Of a stretch of DNA of 15,894 nucleotides, positions 1 through 8,543 are shown piece by piece. The position numbers and the translations under genes were made by a program. The stretch's first letter is position 1. Every line of letters begins with the position of its first letter. Source of the DNA: Elusimicrobiota bacterium (lineage in GTDB: Bacteria; Elusimicrobiota; Elusimicrobia; Elusimicrobiales; UBA9959); assembly GCA_037137395.1 (NCBI GenBank), contig JBAXKK010000063.1:1-15894 (forward strand), written 5' to 3'. The notes below the pieces were generated by a model. That model worked only from the letters and a program-made list of their open reading frames with translations. It ran no database searches and had not been told where the DNA came from.

Positions 1-2
1 GG

Positions 3-764
3 GCCGTAGCGCGTCTTGGACGGATAGATCTCAAAGCCATTACCGCGCAGGCCCTACACATGGGTGACGAGGTCCACAACCGCAATCGCGCCGGAACCTC
101 TCTTTTCTACCGCGCTATAGCGCCTGCCGTGATAACGACTACGCCCAATTCGGAACAGGCCGCGGCTGTGCTGGAATTTATCAATAAGAACGACCATTCA
201 TTCCTGAATCTTTCAATGGCGTTGAGCAAGGTCTGCCTCGACGCGGCGCGCGACATCAGCTGTTCCACCGTGGTCGTGGTGATGGCCAGGAACGGCACCG
301 AGTTCGGTGTGCAGCTATCCGGCACCGGTGATAAATGGTTCACGGGGCCCTCGCCCGTGCCTGATGCCCTTTTTTTTGCCGGCTACACCAAGGCGGATGC
401 CAACCCGGATATAGGCGATTCGGCTATCACTGAGACTAACGGGTTGGGCGGTTTCGCCATAGCGGCGGCGCCGGCCATTGTGCAGTTCGTGGGCGGTCTG
501 GCGGCGGACGCGGTCAACTATACCATGGCTATGTATGAAATTACCGCCGGAGAGAATAATATCTATCAAATCCCTTATCTCAACTTCCGGGGAACGCCGA
601 CCGGCATCGATGTAATAAAGGTCGTTGAGAAGGGTATACTGCCGTTCATTGACACCGGGGTTGCACATAAAAAACCCGGCGTCGGCCAGGTCGGTGCCGG
701 GGTATTGAGCGCGCCGCCGGAACCATTCATAAAAGCTTTCGAATATTTCGCCAGGAATCTGTAA
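3..764 (+). CDS. DUF1116 family protein (YlbE/YahG, oxamate carbamoyltransferase subunit AllG-like), 5'-truncated by the window edge
   Basis: The frame is open from position 3 (AVARLGRIDLKAITAQALHMGDEVHNRN). Motifs MGDExHNRN, MARNGTEFGV, NPDIGDSAITE, FRGTPTGID and GQVGAG are typical of DUF1116. The ATG at 60 is internal. Confidence 0.85.
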   Translation, partial: AVARLGRIDLKAITAQALHMGDEVHNRNRAGTSLFYRAIAPAVITTTPNSEQAAAVLEFINKNDHSFLNLSMALSKVCLDAARDISCSTVVVVMARNGTEFGVQLSGTGDKWFTGPSPVPDALFFAGYTKADANPDIGDSAITETNGLGGFAIAAAPAIVQFVGGLAADAVNYTMAMYEITAGENNIYQIPYLNFRGTPTGIDVIKVVEKGILPFIDTGVAHKKPGVGQVGAGVLSAPPEPFIKAFEYFARNL

Positions 765-772
765 ATAAGTGC

Positions 773-927
773 GACAGTACGGCAGCAAGACAGCGCGGCA
801 GGAACTGAATATCAGGCATAAAAGGCAAAAAACCTGTATCGGGGCGTGATTTCGCGGCGGGGCGTTCGTGCCTCCAAATTTGGCCGGTGCCTGTCGTACT
901 GTCTTGCTGCCGCTCTGCCGCGCTGTT
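773..927. repeat. Inverted pair of 8-bp tandem arrays (unit RRCAGnnn) around an 83-bp spacer
   Basis: Left arm 773-804: GACAGTAC GGCAGCAA GACAGCGC GGCAGGAA. Right arm 888-927 read on the minus strand: AACAGCGC GGCAGAGC GGCAGCAA GACAGTAC GACAGGCA. Confidence 0.85.
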
Positions 928-933
928 ACTATA

Positions 934-962
934 TTGTCATTTTCGGCTAAAAATGTTAATAT
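934..962 (+). promoter_or_regulatory. Sigma70-type promoter of the rimP-nusA-infB operon
   Basis: TTGTCA (934-939), 17-bp spacer, TAATAT (957-962), with an extended -10 TG at 954-955. Confidence 0.75.
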
Positions 963-970
963 AAGTGTAT

Positions 971-1000
971 GAGGTGGCTGAAGTTCGGCCGCTTTTTTTT
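971..1000 (+). terminator. rimP-leader premature terminator/attenuator
   Basis: Hairpin AGGTGGCTGA-AGT-TCGGCCGCTT containing G-U pairs, followed by T8 (993-1000), between the promoter and the rimP start. This is the position of the known rimP leader motif. Confidence 0.75.
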
Positions 1001-1027
1001 ATAAAGATTTGCCCTTATTGAGGTATT

Positions 1028-1492
1028 ATGGAACGAGAACTCATTGAGAAGGAAACTGAACCGTTGTTGACTGAGCAGGGTTTTGAACTTGTTGACCTTA
1101 AAGTTACTAAAATGGGCGGCAAGTTGCTGCTGCAGTTCTTCATCGACCGAGTAGGCGGCGGAGTTACGCTGGAGGATTGCGGGCTTATGAGCGAGAAGCT
1201 TGGCTCCTACATCGAGATGAATAATGTTTTAGACGGCGGCTACATTCTGGAAATCTCCTCCCCGGGGGTGGACCGGGTACTGAGAAAAGAGAAGGATTTT
1301 CTTAAATTCAAGGGCAGCAAGGTTAAGATAAAACTCAAAAAACCGCTCAACAACGCGCGCGTCTACTATGGCGAGTTGCTGGGTTTTGAGAGCGGGGCGG
1401 TCTTTTTGAGCGGGGATCTTAAATTAAATCTCAACGATATCGAAGAGGCACGGTTAAATCCGGGCGATGACGATATCCTGAAAAAACACTGA
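1028..1492 (+). CDS. rimP: Ribosome maturation factor RimP
   Basis: GFELVD, FID..GGVTLEDC and YILEISSPGVDRVL motifs; GAGG SD; directly upstream of nusA. Confidence 0.96.
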   Translation: MERELIEKETEPLLTEQGFELVDLKVTKMGGKLLLQFFIDRVGGGVTLEDCGLMSEKLGSYIEMNNVLDGGYILEISSPGVDRVLRKEKDFLKFKGSKVKIKLKKPLNNARVYYGELLGFESGAVFLSGDLKLNLNDIEEARLNPGDDDILKKH

Positions 1493-1528
1493 CGGAACTG
1501 ATAATCCAAGAATAGGCGGTAAAAACAT

Positions 1529-2899
1529 ATGACTAAAGAAAATACTTTTAAAGGCAAAACCGAACTCATCATGGCTCTGGAACAGCTGGAGCGTGAGAAG
1601 AACATAAAAAGGGACGACGTCTTTAAAACGATCACCGATTCGCTGGTTTCGGCCCTGCGCAAATATTTCGGCAAGACTTCACAGATCGCGGCCACTATTG
1701 ACCCCGACACCGGCGAGATGTGCGGCTACCTGGTGAAGAAAGTGGTTCCTGAAGTTTTCACCCCGGAGATAGAGATTACGCTGGAAGAGGCCGTAAAGCA
1801 TGAGCCCTCGGCCAAGCTGGACGAAGAAGTCAATATTCCCGTGGATATACAGGATTTCTCCCGGATCGCGGCTCAGACGGCCAAACAGGTCCTGATCCAG
1901 AAGATTCGCGAGATCGAGAAAGTTAAACTTTTTGACGAATATAAGCCGCGCGAAGGTGAGATCGTGACGGGCCTCGTGCACCATGTGGCCGGCCGGGATA
2001 TTTTCGTGGATCTTGGCAAGACCGAAGCGATCCTTCCTTATTCCGAACAGATAAGGCGCGAGCATTACACCATCAACCAGCGCGTACGCGCCATCATACA
2101 CCGCGTGGATAAGGAAAACAAAGGTCTTCAGATCGTTCTTTCCCGCGCCTCCATCCCGTTCCTTAAAAGCCTTTTTGAGGCCGAAGTTCCGGAAATAGCC
2201 GAGAAAGTGGTGGAAATAACGGATGTTGTCCGCGATCCCGGCTTTCGGTCCAAGGTTGTAGTGAAAAGTAATTCCTCCAAGGTGGACCCCGTGGGCGCCT
2301 GCGTCGGCATCCGCGGCTCGCGCATCCGCGTCATTATGGGCGAGCTCTCCAACGAGAAGATTGATCTGATCCCTTATACCGAGGAGCCGCTGCACATGCT
2401 GGCCAAGTCGTTCTCCCCCGCCGCGGTGCTATCGGTCCGCGTCATTGATAAGGCTTCCAAGAGGGCTCTCATTATTGTCCCGGACGACCAGCTGGCCATT
2501 GCGATAGGCCGTGAAGGGCAAAATATAAAACTGGTTTCCCGCCTTACCGGCTGGGAGCTGGAAGTAAAATCGGAAGGACAGAAAGTGGAGGAAGCCAAAA
2601 AAAATAACGACATAGCCGTTAACGACCTGCTTAAGGTCGACGGCATCGGAGCTAAAGTGGCCGATACCCTGGTTAAGCTGGGCATGGCCGATATCCGTAA
2701 AATCGCGGGTTTTACGGTTGAGGACTTGTGCGCGCTTGAGGGCATAGGCGAGAAGACCGCCCAGAAGATCGTGGACGGCGCTAAAAAGTTCCTGGAAGAT
2801 AACCCGACTTACGGCAAGACGGCCCTCGCGGGAGCCCCTAAAGATTTGGAAACCAAAGAGGTAAAAGAAAATGAGTCTAAAGAAACCGAAAGCAAATGA
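1529..2899 (+). CDS. nusA: Transcription termination/antitermination factor NusA
   Basis: FSRIAAQTAKQV, S1 domain, KH motifs DPVGACVGIRGSRI and AIGREGQNIKL, and C-terminal HhH-like repeats (GIGAKVA, GIGEKTA). Confidence 0.98.
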   Translation: MTKENTFKGKTELIMALEQLEREKNIKRDDVFKTITDSLVSALRKYFGKTSQIAATIDPDTGEMCGYLVKKVVPEVFTPEIEITLEEAVKHEPSAKLDEEVNIPVDIQDFSRIAAQTAKQVLIQKIREIEKVKLFDEYKPREGEIVTGLVHHVAGRDIFVDLGKTEAILPYSEQIRREHYTINQRVRAIIHRVDKENKGLQIVLSRASIPFLKSLFEAEVPEIAEKVVEITDVVRDPGFRSKVVVKSNSSKVDPVGACVGIRGSRIRVIMGELSNEKIDLIPYTEEPLHMLAKSFSPAAVLSVRVIDKASKRALIIVPDDQLAIAIGREGQNIKLVSRLTGWELEVKSEGQKVEEAKKNNDIAVNDLLKVDGIGAKVADTLVKLGMADIRKIAGFTVEDLCALEGIGEKTAQKIVDGAKKFLEDNPTYGKTALAGAPKDLETKEVKENESKETESK

Positions 2900-5363
2900 C
2901 GATTTAAACTCCGACGCTTCTCCGCAGGACGATAATAAGGTCCGGCTGGACGCCGCTAAGACTAAGAAAAAAAGCGCGGTCAAGCCGGTTGTTTCCGAAA
3001 GCGCGGAAAAGAAGCCCGTGAAAAAAGACGCGCCTAAAATTTTAAAAAAAACTAAAGTCGGGCAATCTTCAGAGGAAGGCGAGCAGGCTTTGGCGAAGGT
3101 GAAAAAGCCGCAGGCCGCGAAGCCAAAAAAAACAAAAGCGGAAGAGCCCGCGGTCCCGGCGCCCAAGGAAGAAGTGAGGCCGCCGCAGCCGCCCAAGCGC
3201 CTTATCATTTCCGTGTCCAGGCCCGAGGGGTATATCCCCCCCGGCCAACCGGTCAAGCCCGAAGTTCCGGCTCCGGTTCTTCCTGTCGAGCCAGTCGCCG
3301 CGAAACCTGTAGCGCCCCCCGTTACTAAGCCCGTGGCGCCACCTCCCGCGGCCCCGGCCCAGCCGGTAAAGCCCGCGGCTCCGGCAAAATCCGATATCCC
3401 CCCGTCAGGTTCGGTCTACAGGCCCGGCGCGCCGTCCCAGCCGCACAGGCCGTTCGCGGGCCACGCGCCCAAATCCGCAGCGCCGGCTCACCACGCTGCG
3501 CAGGCGAAACCCGCCGCGCCGCAGCAGGCTCCGGCCCAGGCTGTAAAACAGCCGGCTATCTCCGCGCCGGTCCCTGAGGCCGCGCCCGCTGAGCCCAAAG
3601 AACTTCAGAAAATAAAGATCTCCACCCAGGTCGTGGTCCGCGAACTGGCGGAAAAGATGAACCTGAAGCCTACCGACTTCATAAAGAAACTCATGAGTAT
3701 GGGCGTGTTCGCCACCATCAACCAGCGCCTTGACCCGGATGTGGCTACGCTTATCGCCGTGGATTACGGTTTCGATCTGGAAATAGTTCCGATTTACGAC
3801 GAGGAGGTTGTGGAAGAGGTTGAAACGGAAAAACCGGAAAACCTTAAGCCCCGTTACCCCATAGTTACAATCATGGGGCATGTCGATCACGGTAAAACCA
3901 CTCTCCTTGACGCGTTCCGTGAGTCCAATGTCGTTGATACCGAGGCCGGGCAAATAACCCAGCATATCGGCGCGTACATGGTGACTACCCCAAGGGGCAA
4001 GATCACGGTTCTGGACACGCCCGGGCATGAGGCTTTCACCGCCATGCGCGCCCACGGCGTAAAAGTTACGGATATCGTCATCCTCGTGGTCTCAGCCGTA
4101 GACGGCGTCATGCCTCAGACGCTAGAAGCCGTCAATCACGCCAAGGCTGCCAGTGTGCCGATAATCGTGGCCATTAATAAAATGGACCTTCCGACAGCAA
4201 ATTCGCAGGACATCAAACAGCGGCTGGCTAATATCGGGCTTAACCCGGAAGATTGGGGCGGCACTACGGCCATGGTCGAAGTGTCGGCCAAGAAGCGCAC
4301 GAATCTGGATAAGCTTCTTGAAATAGTCAGCATCCAGGCCGAAATGATGGAGCTTAAAGCTAATCCTGATACTATGGGCACCGGAGTCGTTGTCGAATCC
4401 CGGCTGGACTCCCAGAAGGGTATCGTCGCCACTGTCATAGCCGAGAACGGAATAATAAAAGTGGGAGATCCATTCGTTGTCGGTACCTCCCACGGCAAGG
4501 TGCGCGCTCTGGTGAACGACCGGGGTGAGCGCCTTGAGAAGATAGGTCCCAGCGAACCCGCCGAGCTCCTCGGCATCAGCGGAGAACTCCCGCACGCCGG
4601 CGACATCTTTAAGATCTATGAGACAGAAAAAGAGGCCCGCCGGGTGGCTGAGAAGAGAAAGCTTCACCGGCGCGAAGAATCCCTCATCCATCAAAAACAT
4701 GTAAGTCTGTTGTCACTTAAGTCTCAGGTGGACCAGAAACTTCTGAAGAACCTGAATGTCGTGCTTAAGACAGACGTGTTTGGCTCCCTCCAGGCCATAA
4801 AGGACTCGCTTGAGAAGCTGAGCAATCAGGAAGTTGCGATCCGTATTCTCCACTCGGGCGTTGGCAATGTTACCGAGTCTGACGTGTTGCTGGCGAAAGC
4901 CTCCGATGCGGTCATCTTCGGCTTCCACGTGGATGCCGACGGCAAGGTCAAGGAAGAAGCCAAATCCGCTGGCGTAGAAATCCGGACGTATCAGATCATA
5001 TACGACCTTATAGAGGACGTGAAAGCAGGCATGAGCGGCCTTCTGGAACCCGAGATAATCGAGACTGTTACCGGGCGCGCGGAGATACAGCAAATCTTCG
5101 ATCTGAGTTCCGGTAAAGTCGCCGGCTCGCTTGTCAAGGAAGGTAAGTTGCTCCGCAATCAGCCTATAAGGGTGATGCGGGGTAAGGATATTGCCGGCAA
5201 CGGCAAGATCTCCGGCCTTAAGAGATTCAAAGAGGACGTGAAAGAAGTGGAAAAGGGCCTTGAGTGCGGTATCCTGATAGAAGGCTTCAAGGACTACAGG
5301 GCCGGCGACATTGTAGAGGCTATCACCAAAGAAGAAAGGATACGAAGAATAACCCATGTTTAA
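2871..5363 (+). CDS. infB: Translation initiation factor IF-2
   Basis: [32 protein letters not shown] and [16 protein letters not shown]; Lys- and Pro/Ala-rich N-terminus; overlaps the nusA end by 29 nt. Confidence 0.98.
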   Translation: MSLKKPKANDDLNSDASPQDDNKVRLDAAKTKKKSAVKPVVSESAEKKPVKKDAPKILKKTKVGQSSEEGEQALAKVKKPQAAKPKKTKAEEPAVPAPKEEVRPPQPPKRLIISVSRPEGYIPPGQPVKPEVPAPVLPVEPVAAKPVAPPVTKPVAPPPAAPAQPVKPAAPAKSDIPPSGSVYRPGAPSQPHRPFAGHAPKSAAPAHHAAQAKPAAPQQAPAQAVKQPAISAPVPEAAPAEPKELQKIKISTQVVVRELAEKMNLKPTDFIKKLMSMGVFATINQRLDPDVATLIAVDYGFDLEIVPIYDEEVVEEVETEKPENLKPRYPIVTIMGHVDHGKTTLLDAFRESNVVDTEAGQITQHIGAYMVTTPRGKITVLDTPGHEAFTAMRAHGVKVTDIVILVVSAVDGVMPQTLEAVNHAKAASVPIIVAINKMDLPTANSQDIKQRLANIGLNPEDWGGTTAMVEVSAKKRTNLDKLLEIVSIQAEMMELKANPDTMGTGVVVESRLDSQKGIVATVIAENGIIKVGDPFVVGTSHGKVRALVNDRGERLEKIGPSEPAELLGISGELPHAGDIFKIYETEKEARRVAEKRKLHRREESLIHQKHVSLLSLKSQVDQKLLKNLNVVLKTDVFGSLQAIKDSLEKLSNQEVAIRILHSGVGNVTESDVLLAKASDAVIFGFHVDADGKVKEEAKSAGVEIRTYQIIYDLIEDVKAGMSGLLEPEIIETVTGRAEIQQIFDLSSGKVAGSLVKEGKLLRNQPIRVMRGKDIAGNGKISGLKRFKEDVKEVEKGLECGILIEGFKDYRAGDIVEAITKEERIRRITHV

Positions 5364-5721
5364 ACGAACCGACCGCCTCAAGGAACTCTTTTTCCGCGAG
5401 GTCAATCTGGCGCTGCAGGATGTACACGGACTCAACAGCCGTGGCATCGTAACGCTCACCGGAGTTGAGTTGGTTGACGAAGGCAAGATGCTGCATGTTT
5501 ATTTTTCCGTGTTCGGCGGAGAATCCGACAAGATATGGACCGAAGCCTTGTTGACACGGTCCATTCACCAAATCAGGGCCGAACTTAAAAAACGCCTCAG
5601 GCTCAGGGTTATTCCGGCCATCATGTTCAAGTATGACCTTACTCCTGAAGAGGCCGCTAAGATTGAGAAGATCTTTGATAAGATCAGGGCCGAAAAGAAA
5701 GATGAAAACACCGGATCTTGA
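5356..5721 (+). CDS. rbfA: 30S ribosome-binding factor RbfA
   Basis: R..R N-terminus, VTLTGVEL and LRLRVIPAIMFKYD; canonical position after infB. Confidence 0.93.
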   Translation: MFKRTDRLKELFFREVNLALQDVHGLNSRGIVTLTGVELVDEGKMLHVYFSVFGGESDKIWTEALLTRSIHQIRAELKKRLRLRVIPAIMFKYDLTPEEAAKIEKIFDKIRAEKKDENTGS

Positions 5722-6682
5722 GCGGGAATTTAAAAAGCTTGAAGAGATAATAGTGACCGGCGATAGTTTTTTTCTGGCCGGGCATCTGAATCCCGACGGG
5801 GATACTCTCGGCAGCATGCTGGCCATTTCTTCGGTCCTTAAGCGGCTGGGTAAAAAGGTATATCTTTTCTCCAGCGACCCCGTGCCGGAAAATCTCAGCT
5901 TTCTTCCCCACGCAAAGAGCATAAAGGTCGGGCGCCCGCCCGCGAAAAAACGCTTTGACGCGGTCATACTTCTGGAATGCTCCACCCCCACGCGCGGCGG
6001 AGATCTGTCCGCCGTGCTGAAAAACGCCGGGAAAGTGATAAACATCGACCACCATAAGACTTCGGAGTTTTACGGGGACGTTAATATCGTTGAATCACAC
6101 TCATCTTCCACGGCCGAAATAGTTTATCGGCTTTTTTACAGCATGAGGGTTCATATCACCAAAACTGAGGCTGCCTGCCTTTATGTCGGTATCGTGACCG
6201 ATACCGGGCGCTTCCATTTTCCGGCCACCAGCCCGCGCACTCTTGAAGTGGCTTCGCGCCTGCTTGAAACCGGCTTTAAATTCTCAAGGATAAACGATCT
6301 GCTTTACGCCACTAAATCGTGTCAAGCCCTCAAGGTTCTGGGGCGGGCTCTGGGCAGCCTGGAGCTGCTTTTGGGAGGCCGGGTGGCAGTGATTACGCTG
6401 AAGGCCTCCGATTTTACCGATTTTGACGCGGCTCCGGAGCATACGGAAAATGTAATTAATTACGGCATGATGGCGCCGGGTGTTAAGATCGCCGTACTTT
6501 TTCGCGAAGAGGCGGATCGCACGGGCGTCACGTTCCGTTCCAGGGGCCACGCGGATGTCAGTCTCCTGGCTAAAACTTTCGGCGGCGGCGGGCATAGGAA
6601 CGCTTCCGGCTGCAAGATAAAAGCCGGCTTGAATGAAACCAGAAAAAAAGTTCTGGCCGGAATAAAAAAAATTTTAGATTAA
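5702..6682 (+). CDS. nrnA: DHH/DHHA1 phosphoesterase (NrnA-like nanoRNase/pAp phosphatase)
   Basis: GHLNPDGDTLGS, NIDHH, GIVTDTGRF and GGGGHRNASG. Start placed at ATG 5702 instead of 5633 to avoid a long overlap with rbfA. Confidence 0.88.
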   Translation: MKTPDLEREFKKLEEIIVTGDSFFLAGHLNPDGDTLGSMLAISSVLKRLGKKVYLFSSDPVPENLSFLPHAKSIKVGRPPAKKRFDAVILLECSTPTRGGDLSAVLKNAGKVINIDHHKTSEFYGDVNIVESHSSSTAEIVYRLFYSMRVHITKTEAACLYVGIVTDTGRFHFPATSPRTLEVASRLLETGFKFSRINDLLYATKSCQALKVLGRALGSLELLLGGRVAVITLKASDFTDFDAAPEHTENVINYGMMAPGVKIAVLFREEADRTGVTFRSRGHADVSLLAKTFGGGGHRNASGCKIKAGLNETRKKVLAGIKKILD

Positions 6683-6705
6683 GGAACCTTAAAAGTTTTT
6701 AATCA

Positions 6706-7422
6706 ATGAATGTAGTTTCCCCCCATTTTTCAGGCATTCTGCTTTTTGATAAACCTAAAGGCATCACCTCCCACGATGCGGTGGATCTGCTGCGCCGCCG
6801 TTTTAATTTTAAGAAAATTGGGCACACAGGCACGTTGGACCCTATGGCCACGGGGTTGCTGGTTATGCTACTCGGCCCGGCAACCAAGTATCAGGCCAAG
6901 CTTCAGAATTGCGCCAAGGTTTACAGCGGCGCCGTCACGTTGGGAATTGAGACTGATACCTGGGACGCGGAAGGTAAGGTCCAGAAAGAGACTCAGGTCT
7001 CCGGGATAACTCAGGAAAAAATTAAAAGTGTCATAGGCTTTTTTACCGGTAAGGTAATCCAGCAGGTCCCGTCGTTTTCGGCTGTGCGCTATAAGGGCAA
7101 ACACTTGTATAAGTTGGCCAGAAAGAACTCGGCGGTGCCTACCATACGCCGCGAGGTCAACATAACATGGAATAGTTACTCCTTCAAGCCCCCTGTGCTA
7201 AAGTTCGAAGTTGAATGTTCCGGCGGCACTTATGTGAGGTCTATCGCCTACGAAATAGGGCGCATGCTCGGCACCGGAGGCCACCTTAGCGAACTGCGCC
7301 GCCTGAGCGTTAACCGCTGGAAAGCTGACGAGGCCTTGGACAGGGAAGCGTTGCAAAAGCTGCCTATTGAGGTGCTCAAGGCCAGGCTGCTGGATGTTCC
7401 GCCGGATCTTAAAAACCTTTAG
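6706..7422 (+). CDS. truB: tRNA pseudouridine(55) synthase TruB (short form lacking the C-terminal PUA domain)
   Basis: DKPKGITSHD, KIGHTGTLDPMATGLL and CSGGTYVRS motifs. Confidence 0.96.
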   Translation: MNVVSPHFSGILLFDKPKGITSHDAVDLLRRRFNFKKIGHTGTLDPMATGLLVMLLGPATKYQAKLQNCAKVYSGAVTLGIETDTWDAEGKVQKETQVSGITQEKIKSVIGFFTGKVIQQVPSFSAVRYKGKHLYKLARKNSAVPTIRREVNITWNSYSFKPPVLKFEVECSGGTYVRSIAYEIGRMLGTGGHLSELRRLSVNRWKADEALDREALQKLPIEVLKARLLDVPPDLKNL

Positions 7423-7425
7423 GAA

Positions 7426-7491
7426 AGTGGCGAGTAATTAGTGGCTGGAAGTATACGGTGACTGGCCATTACGTCCTAACCACTAACCACT
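7426..7491. repeat. Short inverted pair of 7-bp tandem arrays (unit ~AGTGGYY)
   Basis: Left arm 7426-7446: AGTGGCG AGTAATT AGTGGCT. Right arm 7464-7491: GGCCATT ACGTCCT AACCACT AACCACT (reverse complement AGTGGTT AGTGGTT AGGACGT AATGGCC). Confidence 0.65.
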
Positions 7492-7499
7492 TCTCTATT

Positions 7500-8390
7500 A
7501 TGTCTGTATTTCTTACCATAGGCACTTATGACGGCGTACACCTCGGCCATCAAAAAATCATAAGGACCCTTATCCGCGAGAGTCTTAAACGGGGCATTGA
7601 CAGTGCCCTGGCCTATTTCCCATTTCCCCCAAAATTCTTTTTTTCCGGTGAGGCCGCGAATTGCCTTATCACGCTGCCGGAGGAGCGCGAAGAACGCATC
7701 CGTAACCTTCGCGTGGCGAACATCACCGAGGTTACCTTTGACGCTGTTATGGCTGAAATGCGGGCTGAAAAGTTTTTTGACGATATTATCCTGAAAGCTC
7801 ACGACGCCTCCGGTCTATGCGTCGGGCAGGACTTCGCGCTGGGGCATAATCGCAGAGGGAACACGGAATTTCTTAAGAAACACTGCGACGGAGCCGGGAT
7901 CCGTTTTAAGGCGATGTCCTTCGTCACTTTAGGCGGCCATAAGATATCTTCTTCATTGATACGCACTTTTCTCCGGAACGGCCGTGTTGAGACGGCCAAT
8001 AAATGTCTCGGCTGGAATTATACCGTATCGGGTAAGGTAATTAAGGGCGCGGGCATAGGCCGCCGTCTGGGATTCCCGACCGCCAATATTGACGCGCACC
8101 CTGCTAAGATACTTCCGCCGGGCATTTTCGCGGCTAAGGTAAGGCTGGATAAGGGAGTGTTTTACGGGGTGGTGAACGTGGGTCTCCGCCCTACCGTCAA
8201 CACTTTGGGTGGCCGGCTTCTTTTAGAGGTGCATATACTTGATTTCGACCGGGATATCTATGGCCGCACTCTTGAGGTTGAATTTTTGCGGCATTTGCGA
8301 CCGGAAAAAAAGTTCAATTCCAGGGAATCTCTGCAGCGGCAGATTCTTCAGGATATAAAGATTGCCAGGGGAATGTTTCGTAAAGCGTAA
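7500..8390 (+). CDS. ribF: Bifunctional riboflavin kinase / FMN adenylyltransferase
   Basis: GTYDGVHLGH, VGQDFALG, KISSSLIR, GRRLGFPTAN, NVGLRPT and EVHILDF. Start placed at ATG 7500 because the 7458 extension runs through the repeat. Confidence 0.96.
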   Translation: MSVFLTIGTYDGVHLGHQKIIRTLIRESLKRGIDSALAYFPFPPKFFFSGEAANCLITLPEEREERIRNLRVANITEVTFDAVMAEMRAEKFFDDIILKAHDASGLCVGQDFALGHNRRGNTEFLKKHCDGAGIRFKAMSFVTLGGHKISSSLIRTFLRNGRVETANKCLGWNYTVSGKVIKGAGIGRRLGFPTANIDAHPAKILPPGIFAAKVRLDKGVFYGVVNVGLRPTVNTLGGRLLLEVHILDFDRDIYGRTLEVEFLRHLRPEKKFNSRESLQRQILQDIKIARGMFRKA

Positions 8391-8541
8391 ATCGGGAAGC
8401 GTAAAGAGTAAAGTGTAAACTGCAAGCGATTGCTATTCTGCCTATAGCCTAAAGCCGATGGCTTATGGCGTGCGGAAAGCGTAATCAGGGAAGTAATTTA
8501 TTGCGGTGTTTTCGCTGGCTATTCCCGCTTTACGATTCCGG
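8379..8541. repeat. Compound inverted 7-bp tandem array element (CGTAAAG/CGGGAAG family), copy A
   Basis: 8379-8420: CGTAAAG CGTAAAT CGGGAAG CGTAAAG AGTAAAG TGTAAAC. 8441-8468: CCTATAG CCTAAAG CCGATGG CTTATGG. 8473-8493: CGGAAAG CGTAATC AGGGAAG. Then a 27-bp spacer and inverted units ATTCCCG CTTTACG ATTCCGG (8521-8541). 8472-8537 matches the reverse complement of 13851-13915. Confidence 0.9.
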
Positions 8542-8543
8542 CC

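Noticed and set aside
3150..3600. Pro/Ala-rich repetitive stretch in infB
   Set aside because: Low-complexity N-terminal linkers are normal in IF-2; there is no exact DNA tandem repeat or frameshift.
5633..5701. Longer start for the DHH protein
   Set aside because: It overlaps rbfA by 89 nt; ATG 5702 gives a normal length and overlap.
1366..6055. Multiple long minus-strand ORFs opposite nusA, infB and rbfA
   Set aside because: Antisense shadows of conserved genes in GC-rich coding sequence.
6706..7422. truB as a truncated pseudogene
   Set aside because: The catalytic motifs are intact, and short TruB proteins without the PUA domain are common.
7458..7499. 14-aa N-terminal extension of RibF
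   Set aside because: It runs through the AACCACT repeat; homology starts at MSVFLTIG.
8379..8541. CRISPR array (also considered for 773-927 and 13805-13963)
   Set aside because: The units are contiguous 7-8-mers without unique 25-45-bp spacers, and no cas genes are present.
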